From positions 41,776 through 105,775 of the forward strand of contig DASXXB010000096.1 in assembly GCA_036503355.1 (NCBI GenBank): a stretch of 64,000 bases of DNA, given 5' to 3'. Shown piece by piece: positions 1-7,383 of the stretch (its first letter is position 1; the number at the start of each line of letters is the position of its first letter). The notes beneath the pieces were generated by a model. The model was not told the DNA's origin. It did not search any database and saw only the letters and a program-made list of their open reading frames with translations. A program made the translations under genes and the position numbers. This DNA is from Kribbella sp. (GTDB lineage: Bacteria; Actinomycetota; Actinomycetes; Propionibacteriales; Kribbellaceae).

Positions 1-18
1 TCATCGTAGGGCGGCTAG

Positions 19-72
19 TGCATCCTGGCCACGCTGCAACGTGGTGCAACCCTGGCAACGGTCGCTGCAACG
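19..72 (+). promoter_or_regulatory. Phased (T/G)GCAAC direct repeats upstream of the monooxygenase; candidate activator binding array
   Basis: TGCAAC at 35, 45 and 66, GGCAAC at 54; CGCTGCAACG at 32-41 and 63-72. Confidence 0.5.
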
Positions 73-87
73 CGGTGTCCTGACCTC

Positions 88-1944
88 ATGACTCAGACCG
101 AGGAGAAGCCGACCACCCAGCTGTCGGCAGACGACCGGGCGACGAACTGGTTGACTGCGTTCGAGGACGCGCTGCGGGCGCGCGACGTACCTCGGGCTGC
201 CGGCCTGTTCGCGACCACCAGTTTCTGGCGCGACCTGGTCGCGTTCACCTGGAACCTCAAGACCGTCGAGAACCCCGACGGTGTCACCGACCTGCTGATC
301 CACACACTCGACGGCACCGATCCGGGCGGCTTCCGGCTGACCGAACCTGCCGCTGCGGCCGACGGCGTGGTCACCGCGTGGTTCGAGTTCGAGACCGGCG
401 TCGGCCGTGGTGCCGGCCTGGTCCGGCTCGTCGACGAGGACGGCGAGGACGACGATGACGGCGAGGGCGGCGTGGACAAGGCGTGGACGCTGCTCACGAC
501 GTTGCGGGAGCTGAAGGGGTTCGAGGAGCCTCGCGGCGTACGGCGTCCGATGGGCGCGCAGCACGGCATCGACAAGAACCGGCAGACGTGGAAGGAGAAG
601 CGTCAGGCCGAGGCAGAGTCGCTCGGTACGCTCGAGCAGCCTTATGTGCTGGTGATCGGGGGCGGCCAGGGCGGGATCGCGCTCGGTGCGCGGCTGCGGC
701 AACTCGGCGTACCGGCGCTGGTGATCGACAAGCATCCGCGGCCGGGGGACCAGTGGCGGAACCGGTACAAGTCGCTGTGCCTGCACGATCCGGTCTGGTA
801 CGACCACCTGCCGTACCTGAAGTTCCCGGACAACTGGCCGGTGTTCGCGCCGAAGGACAAGATCGGTGACTGGCTCGAGTCGTACGTGAAGACGATGGAG
901 GTCCCGTACTGGTCGAACACGGTCGCGACGGCCGCGACGTACTCCGCGGAAACCGGCGAGTGGACCGTCACGGTCGAACGCGAAGGCCTGCCGGTCACGC
1001 TCCGCCCGAAGCAGCTGGTGCTCGCGACCGGGATGTCGGGCAAACCGAACGTCCCGGTCCTGCCAGGGCAGGACGTGTTCCGCGGCGACCAGCACCATTC
1101 GTCGGCGCACCCGGGCCCGGACGCGTACGCCGGGAAGCGGTGCGTCGTGATCGGGTCGAACAACAGCAGCTTCGACATCTGTGGCGCACTGTGGGAACAC
1201 GGCGCGGACGTGACGATGGTGCAGCGGTCGAGCACGCACATCGTGAAGAGCGACTCGCTGATGGAGTACGGCCTTGGTGACCTGTACTCCGAGCGTGCGC
1301 TCGCGGCCGGCGTGACGACCGAGAAGGCCGACCTGATCTTCGCGTCGCTGCCGTACCGGATCCTGCACGAGTTCCAGATCCCGGCGTACCAGGCGATGGC
1401 CGAGAAGGACAAGGAGTTCTACGCGCGCCTCGAGGCGTCCGGGTTCCGGCACGACTGGGGCGACGACGGGTCGGGGCTGTTCATGAAGTACCTGCGCCGC
1501 GGGTCCGGCTACTACATCGACGTCGGCGCCGCGGAGCTGGTCGCGAACGGCGACGTGAAGCTGGCGCACGGACAGGTGTCACACCTGACCGAAGACGCGG
1601 TCGTACTCGAGGACGGTACGACGCTGCCGGCCGACCTGGTCGTCTACGCGACCGGGTACGGCTCGATGAACGGATGGGCCGCGGACCTGATCTCCCAGGA
1701 AGTCGCGGACACCGTCGGCAAGTGCTGGGGCCTCGGCTCCGACACCACCAAGGACCCCGGCCCGTGGGAAGGCGAGCAACGCAACATGTGGAAACCGACC
1801 CAGCAGGAGGCCCTCTGGTTCCACGGCGGCAACCTCCACCAGTCCCGCCACTACTCCCTCTACCTGTCGCTCCAACTCAAAGCCCGCTACGAAAACCTCC
1901 CCACGCCCGTCTACGCCCTCCAGGAAGTCCACCACCTCGAGTAA
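88..1944 (+). CDS. Flavin-containing monooxygenase (type II FMO-like, N-terminal NTF2-like extension)
   Basis: GGGQGG FAD motif, HSSAH FMO-like fingerprint, GSNNS NADPH motif, ATGY; 618 aa. Confidence 0.9.
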   Translation: MTQTEEKPTTQLSADDRATNWLTAFEDALRARDVPRAAGLFATTSFWRDLVAFTWNLKTVENPDGVTDLLIHTLDGTDPGGFRLTEPAAAADGVVTAWFEFETGVGRGAGLVRLVDEDGEDDDDGEGGVDKAWTLLTTLRELKGFEEPRGVRRPMGAQHGIDKNRQTWKEKRQAEAESLGTLEQPYVLVIGGGQGGIALGARLRQLGVPALVIDKHPRPGDQWRNRYKSLCLHDPVWYDHLPYLKFPDNWPVFAPKDKIGDWLESYVKTMEVPYWSNTVATAATYSAETGEWTVTVEREGLPVTLRPKQLVLATGMSGKPNVPVLPGQDVFRGDQHHSSAHPGPDAYAGKRCVVIGSNNSSFDICGALWEHGADVTMVQRSSTHIVKSDSLMEYGLGDLYSERALAAGVTTEKADLIFASLPYRILHEFQIPAYQAMAEKDKEFYARLEASGFRHDWGDDGSGLFMKYLRRGSGYYIDVGAAELVANGDVKLAHGQVSHLTEDAVVLEDGTTLPADLVVYATGYGSMNGWAADLISQEVADTVGKCWGLGSDTTKDPGPWEGEQRNMWKPTQQEALWFHGGNLHQSRHYSLYLSLQLKARYENLPTPVYALQEVHHLE

Positions 1945-1972
1945 CTTCAAGCGCGCCGGGTGTGCTGCGGGG

Positions 1973-2788
1973 TCAGCCGGCCAGCCGGTTGAGCTTGCGG
2001 ATCTGGTTGTCGAAGGCGCGCGCGGGCACGATCCGGCGCAGGAGGCTGACGCGTCGGGCAGTCGAGCCGGCGGTGTATCGGAGCTTGGGCCTGGAATCGG
2101 TGGCGGCCGCGACGATCACCTTCGCGACAACGTCCGGGTCGTCGGCGTTGCGCACGGCCGTGGCCAGCACGTCGCGGGCGATCTCCCGCTGTGCGGCGTA
2201 GATCGGCAGGGCCGAGTCGGGTGCCAGGCTGCTCGCCTCGAAACTCGTGCTTGTGTAGCCCGGCTCGACCAGTAGCATCCGGACTCCGTGCTCGCGAAGC
2301 TCGTGGTCGAGGGATTCGGCGTAGCCCTCGACCGCATGCTTGGTGGCGGCGTAGAGGCCCATGAAGGGGGCCGGGATCAGACCGAGCACCGAGGCGACGT
2401 TGACCACACGGCCACTGCCCTGGGCGCGCATGTGGGGCAGCACCGCGTTGGTCATCCGGATCAGACCGAAGACGTTGATGTCGAAGACCTCCTTGGCCTG
2501 GTCGATCGAGCTCTCCTCGCCGGCGCCGACCGCGCCCACGCCTGCGTTGTTGACCAGGACGTCGATCCTGCCGAACACCTCGATCACCTCCTCGACCAGG
2601 GAGCGGACCGACTCGTCGCTGGCCACGTCGAGATCGAGGAACGTCACCCCGGCGAGCGGTACGGCGTTCGCCGCGTTGCGGCTCGTACCGACCACCGCGA
2701 AGCCGGCGTCCACGAGAGCGAGCGCTGCCGCCCGCCCGATCCCGGAGGAGGCGCCCGTCACCAGGGCCACTGGGTGAACTATCTGCAT
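1973..2788 (-). CDS. Short-chain dehydrogenase/reductase (SDR)
   Basis: TGASSGIG, NNAG, YAATK; start taken at MQIVHP. Confidence 0.92.
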   Translation of the reverse strand: MQIVHPVALVTGASSGIGRAAALALVDAGFAVVGTSRNAANAVPLAGVTFLDLDVASDESVRSLVEEVIEVFGRIDVLVNNAGVGAVGAGEESSIDQAKEVFDINVFGLIRMTNAVLPHMRAQGSGRVVNVASVLGLIPAPFMGLYAATKHAVEGYAESLDHELREHGVRMLLVEPGYTSTSFEASSLAPDSALPIYAAQREIARDVLATAVRNADDPDVVAKVIVAAATDSRPKLRYTAGSTARRVSLLRRIVPARAFDNQIRKLNRLAG

Positions 2789-2845
2789 GCTGGTTCCTTC
2801 GATTGTCTTCATCACAACGCCGCCAATGTGGGGTGGGTCGGCCGT

Positions 2846-3844
2846 TCAGGAAGCCGTGGGCTGGAGGGCCGCGTCGGTGTCTGCGATGGCGAGCATCCGG
2901 TTGATGTCGGCGCCGGCCAGTGCGCCGGCTGCTGCGGAGGCACCGACCTGGGCGACCAGGTCGGTGGCGTTGCCGGCCACCCACACGCCCGGCACGTCGG
3001 TGGCGCCGGCCTTGCCTGAGGCGAAACTGCGGCCCTTGTTCGGCAGGTCCTGCAGCGGCAGGCCGTGGGCGCGGATCTGCAGTTGTGCGAGGACCGCGAG
3101 GACGCGTCGGGGCACGACCTGGCCGTCGGCCAGGCGCACCCCGGCGAGCGCGCCGTCCTCGTCGTTGACGACCTCGGCGACCGGGGTGTCGACGACGCGA
3201 ATGCCGCGGGCGGCGAAGCGGGCGCGGTTGTCCTCGTCCAGGTCGGTGCCGTGGGTGAAGTAGGTCAGGTCCTCGGTCAGCTGACGGTACAGAAGCGCGT
3301 GGTCGATGGAGACCGGGCCGGTGGCGAGGATGCCGATGGGCTCGTCGCGCACCTCCCAGCCGTGGCAGTACGGGCAGTGCACCACGGTGTGCCCCCAGTG
3401 CTCGGCGAGCCCGGGCACCTCCGGCAGCACATCCGTGAGGCCGGTGGCCACCAGAATGCGACGAGCGGTGATGCTGCGGCCGTCGGCCAGGTTGATGGTG
3501 AACCGCAGGTCCCCGTCCGCCGACGGTGCGGCGGCCTCGGCCGCGGCCACCTCGCCGTGGACGACGCGTCCGCCGTACTGGCGCACCTCCTCCCGGCCTC
3601 GTCGAAGGATCTCGGACGGCGGGGTGCCGTCCAGGGCGAGGAGGCCGTGCACGGCTTCGGCGGGCGCGTTGCGCGGGGCGCCGCTGTCGATCACGACGAC
3701 CGAGCGGCGGGAGCGGGCGAGGATCAGCGCACCGTTCAGCCCCGCGGCGCCCCCGCCGATCACCACCGCGTCGACGGTCCCCTCCGTCAGTGCGTCGCCC
3801 GCGGAGTCCTCGTCAACGGGCAGTCGCTCGGTCACCTGTGTCAT
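2846..3844 (-). CDS. NAD(P)/FAD-dependent oxidoreductase, thioredoxin reductase-like
   Basis: GGGAAG, ATG motif, HCPYCHG, GVWVAGN. Confidence 0.88.
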   Translation of the reverse strand: MTQVTERLPVDEDSAGDALTEGTVDAVVIGGGAAGLNGALILARSRRSVVVIDSGAPRNAPAEAVHGLLALDGTPPSEILRRGREEVRQYGGRVVHGEVAAAEAAAPSADGDLRFTINLADGRSITARRILVATGLTDVLPEVPGLAEHWGHTVVHCPYCHGWEVRDEPIGILATGPVSIDHALLYRQLTEDLTYFTHGTDLDEDNRARFAARGIRVVDTPVAEVVNDEDGALAGVRLADGQVVPRRVLAVLAQLQIRAHGLPLQDLPNKGRSFASGKAGATDVPGVWVAGNATDLVAQVGASAAAGALAGADINRMLAIADTDAALQPTAS

Positions 3845-3866
3845 GTGTTCACCCTCAGGATGGTTG

Positions 3867-3914
3867 TGTACTGAACAGTCAGAAATCTAGGCAGTTCTGT
3901 ACTGACTTGTCAAA
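3867..3914. promoter_or_regulatory. Two candidate TetR operators (TGTACTGA-N3-GTCA)
   Basis: TGTACTGAACAGTCAG at 3867-3882 and TGTACTGACTTGTCAA at 3898-3913, in the divergent intergenic region. Confidence 0.65.
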
Positions 3915-3942
3915 TATGGCGCCCCGGCCCTACCTTTTGGGT

Positions 3943-4566
3943 ATGGCGAGACCACGAAGTTTTGACCGCGACCACGTCCTGCACGCCGCCGAGAGGCAGT
4001 TCCGCACCTCGGGCTACAACGGCACGAGCGTCGACGACATCAGCGCCGCCACCGGCCTGGGCCGCGGCAGTCTCTATGCCGCGTTCGACGGCAAGCACGG
4101 CGTGCTGCTGCAGGCGATGGCCGGGTACTTCGCCCGGCTGGGGCAGTTGGCGCCGAAGGTGCTCGCCGGACCGGACGAGGGCGCCCTGGAACGACTGCAC
4201 GGGTACTTGCTCCGCGCCGTCCACGGGGTGCCACTCGCCGCCGACGTACCCCCCGCCGATGACCGGGCGGCGGCGGCCTGCTTCGCCGCCAAGATGGCGC
4301 TGGAGCTCGGCGCCTCGGACGCCGAGGTGCAACGCTTGGCCGACGACTGCTTCTCCGTGGTCGCGACGGCGGTGGCCGAGTGTGTACGAGCGGCGCAGCG
4401 CAACGGTGACATCGACCCCGACGCGGATCCCGACGACCTCGCGTACCTGCTGCTGACCATCATCCGCGGGAGCGACGTCGTCGGCGCGTACGGTCACAGT
4501 CCCGCCCGCCTGACCTCGATCGCCGAAAGCGCGTTCGCCTTGCTGCCTCGGCCGCGCCACCGCTGA
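3943..4566 (+). CDS. TetR/AcrR family regulator
   Basis: MARPRSFD...GLGRGSLYAAF HTH; C-terminal CF motif; divergent from the oxidoreductase. Confidence 0.92.
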   Translation: MARPRSFDRDHVLHAAERQFRTSGYNGTSVDDISAATGLGRGSLYAAFDGKHGVLLQAMAGYFARLGQLAPKVLAGPDEGALERLHGYLLRAVHGVPLAADVPPADDRAAAACFAAKMALELGASDAEVQRLADDCFSVVATAVAECVRAAQRNGDIDPDADPDDLAYLLLTIIRGSDVVGAYGHSPARLTSIAESAFALLPRPRHR

Positions 4567-4643
4567 GGAGAGCACGGATACCGAGCGATCCAGAATAGTC
4601 AGCAGTTCAGCCGAGAAAGCCGTCAGCCAGGCGAAGGAGACCC

Positions 4644-6287
4644 ATGAGCAGGATCCCGGTTCCCGACGAGATGACCCACTACTCGTCGCGACGCCGACGG
4701 GACGAGGTCGACGAGCTGGCGTGGCCGGTCTTGAGCGAGCACCTTCTGAGCCTGCTCCGATCGGGCGGTGAAGAGCTGCGCCCCGAACCCGGCGAGTTGT
4801 TGTGGGACGCCGGAGACCCGTACGACCTGTACCTCGTCCTCGCCGGCGGGCTGCTGCTGGTCGATCGTCGGGAAGACCGGGTCGTCTTCGTCGTGGAGCA
4901 AGGTGACTTCGTGGGCGAGCTCGGCATGTTCATGGGCCAGCGTTCCGTCTTCCAAGGTGTCGCCATGACCGGCACGGTGGTTCTCCGGGTGCCCATCGAG
5001 GAGCTGCGGCGGCTCGTGGAGATCTCGGCCGAGCTGAGCGACGTCGTGCTGTCCGCGCTCGACGCCCGACGGCTCTTCCTGACCAGGATGGGCGAGGGCG
5101 GTCTCGTCCTCGCCGGAGACGACGACCACGAGCTGCACCGGCTCCAGGAGTTCGCCGGCCGCAACCGGCTCCCGTACCGGACGGTGCTGCGCACGGACCC
5201 CGCGGCGTGGGCCGAGCTGGCGAAGACGACACCGTTGCCCGCGTCGGGTACGGCCGTGGTCGCCGGCGACCAAAGGGTCTTGACCGCGCCGACGACGCGC
5301 GATCTCGCCGGCGCGCTCGGAATCGACTTCTGGGGCATTGCCGACAACACTCGGTGCGACATGCTCGTGGTCGGCGCCGGACCAGCGGGCCTGGCAGCCG
5401 CGGTATACGGGGCATCCGAGGGTCTCGACGTGGTTGTCGTGGAAGACGTTGCCGCCGGCGGCCAGGCGGGCAGCTCCTCGCGCATCGAGAACTATCTCGG
5501 CTTTCCACGAGGCGTGTCCGGGACCGAGCTGGCGCGGGCAGCGATGATGCAGGCCGTCAAGTTCGGGACCCGGCTGGTGTCGCCCCGATCCGTCACGGGG
5601 TTGACCCGGACGCCTTCAGGCTTCCGCGTCCGCCTCGACGACGAGCACGACATCGACGCGAGCACCGTGATCATTGCCAGTGGGGCTCACTATCGACGCC
5701 TGGACGTGCCCGGGCTGGCGGATCTCGAGGGGCGGGGCGTCTACTACGCGGCGAGCGACCTCGAGGCCAAGGTCGTCTCGGAACGCAACGCCGTGGTTGT
5801 CGGGGGCGCCAACTCGGCCGGACAAGCCGCGCTGTTCCTGACACGGCACGCCGCTCACGTCCACATCCTGATCCGGCGGGACGATCTGCGAGAGACGATG
5901 TCGGCCTACCTCGCGCAGCGTCTGACTCACCATGAGCGCGTCACCATCCACCCCCGTGCGGAGCTCTGCGCGGTCAGTGGAGCGACGCGGCTGACAGGTG
6001 TGACCTGGCGGGACCACGCCCAGGAGGCCACTGTCGGACTCGACGCCGCCGGTCTCTTTTTGATGATCGGCGCGGAACCACGCACCAACTGGCTGCACGG
6101 AGCAGGTGTGGAGCTCGACGGCAAGGGCTTCGTCGTGACGCGGGAGGGCTTCAACGCGTCGTTGCCCGGGTTGTTCGCCGTGGGCGACGTACGCGCCGGA
6201 TCGGTCAAACGAGTTGCCTCGGCCGTCGGCGAAGGCTCAGTGGTGGTCTCGGCTGTCCACGCCCACCTCGCCGACGCCGGCCGGTGA
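4644..6287 (+). CDS. Cyclic-nucleotide-binding domain + thioredoxin reductase-like FAD oxidoreductase
   Basis: N-terminal cNMP-like fold (GDFVGEL), GAGPAG, GGQAGSSSRIENYLGFP, GGANSAGQAA, GDVR..SVKRVASAVGEG. Confidence 0.88.
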   Translation: MSRIPVPDEMTHYSSRRRRDEVDELAWPVLSEHLLSLLRSGGEELRPEPGELLWDAGDPYDLYLVLAGGLLLVDRREDRVVFVVEQGDFVGELGMFMGQRSVFQGVAMTGTVVLRVPIEELRRLVEISAELSDVVLSALDARRLFLTRMGEGGLVLAGDDDHELHRLQEFAGRNRLPYRTVLRTDPAAWAELAKTTPLPASGTAVVAGDQRVLTAPTTRDLAGALGIDFWGIADNTRCDMLVVGAGPAGLAAAVYGASEGLDVVVVEDVAAGGQAGSSSRIENYLGFPRGVSGTELARAAMMQAVKFGTRLVSPRSVTGLTRTPSGFRVRLDDEHDIDASTVIIASGAHYRRLDVPGLADLEGRGVYYAASDLEAKVVSERNAVVVGGANSAGQAALFLTRHAAHVHILIRRDDLRETMSAYLAQRLTHHERVTIHPRAELCAVSGATRLTGVTWRDHAQEATVGLDAAGLFLMIGAEPRTNWLHGAGVELDGKGFVVTREGFNASLPGLFAVGDVRAGSVKRVASAVGEGSVVVSAVHAHLADAGR

Positions 6288-6348
6288 TCTTCGGCCAGGA
6301 CGCAGTTGGTCCGGAAGGTGCGCTGCCTGCGGCAAGTATCGTGTCGGT

Positions 6349-7332
6349 ATGAGTGTGCAGCGGCGGCCGACGATGTACGACGTGGCTGCGCTGGCGGGGG
6401 TTTCGCATCAGACGGTGTCGCGGTACCTGCGGTCCGATCCGACGGTAGGGGTGGGTACGTCGGGGCGGATCAAGGCGGCGATCGACGAGCTCGGGTACCG
6501 GCCGAATCTGATGGCGCGGGCGATGCGGACGCGCAGTACCGGCGTGGTCGCGATCATCCTGCCCGGGTGGACCGGGCCGGAGCGGACGGTCGAGGCGGCG
6601 TGCGACGAGGCGCAGCGGCTCGGGTACCAGGTGGAGATCGTGATCGGCGTGCACGAGGATCCGGCGGCGCTGAGCCGGCTCGCGGACGACATCCTCGGGC
6701 GCGGTCAGGTCGACGGGGTGCTGTCGGTGACGCCGTTGAGCGTGAAGACCGGCGGTGTCGTCGTCCAGACCGACGAGTTCGACGACCGGCTGCGTGCTGT
6801 GGAGGCGGTGGCCGCGGACGAGGCAACGATGGAGGAGCTGGTCGAGAAGCTCGCTGGGCTGGGGCATCGGGAGTTCTTCCACGTGGCCGGGCCGCAGGAC
6901 TGGAAGTCCGCGCAGCTGCGGCGGTCCGGGTACCTCAAGGCCTGCGAGCGCCTCGGGCTGCGGTCGCACGGTGTGTACGACGGGCCGTGGCATCCCGAAA
7001 CGGGTGTCGAGGCGGTGCGGTACTTGCCGGACGACACGCCGGTGACGGCCGTTGTCGCGGCGAGTGATCACATCGCGGTCGGCGTACTGCGGGCCGCGTT
7101 CGACCGTGGGTGGCGCGTGCCGGAGTACCTCAGCGTCACGGGGTGGGACGACCTCACCCTGGTTCGGTACGGTACGCCGGCGCTGTCCACGGTCCGCGTC
7201 GATCGCGAAACGTCCGGCCGGCATGGCATGCGCCGCCTGATCGCGGCCATCCGGAACGAGCCGGAGCCGCAACCGTTGCCTGCGGCCCCCACCGAGATCA
7301 TCTTTCGCGAGACCACTGTCCCACCACGCTGA
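6349..7332 (+). CDS. LacI family regulator
   Basis: PTMYDVAALAGVSHQTVSRYL HTH, LGYRPN hinge, SVTGWDD, PALSTV. Confidence 0.93.
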   Translation: MSVQRRPTMYDVAALAGVSHQTVSRYLRSDPTVGVGTSGRIKAAIDELGYRPNLMARAMRTRSTGVVAIILPGWTGPERTVEAACDEAQRLGYQVEIVIGVHEDPAALSRLADDILGRGQVDGVLSVTPLSVKTGGVVVQTDEFDDRLRAVEAVAADEATMEELVEKLAGLGHREFFHVAGPQDWKSAQLRRSGYLKACERLGLRSHGVYDGPWHPETGVEAVRYLPDDTPVTAVVAASDHIAVGVLRAAFDRGWRVPEYLSVTGWDDLTLVRYGTPALSTVRVDRETSGRHGMRRLIAAIRNEPEPQPLPAAPTEIIFRETTVPPR

Positions 7333-7341
7333 GCAGGCGGA

Positions 7342-7379
7342 CGCCGGTGGCCGGGAACGGTGAAGCCCGGCCACCGGCG
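7342..7379. terminator. Hairpin between convergent LacI and GH67 genes; likely bidirectional terminator
   Basis: Perfect 14-bp stem CGCCGGTGGCCGGG / CCCGGCCACCGGCG with a 10-nt loop. Confidence 0.75.
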
Positions 7380-7383
7380 GGTC

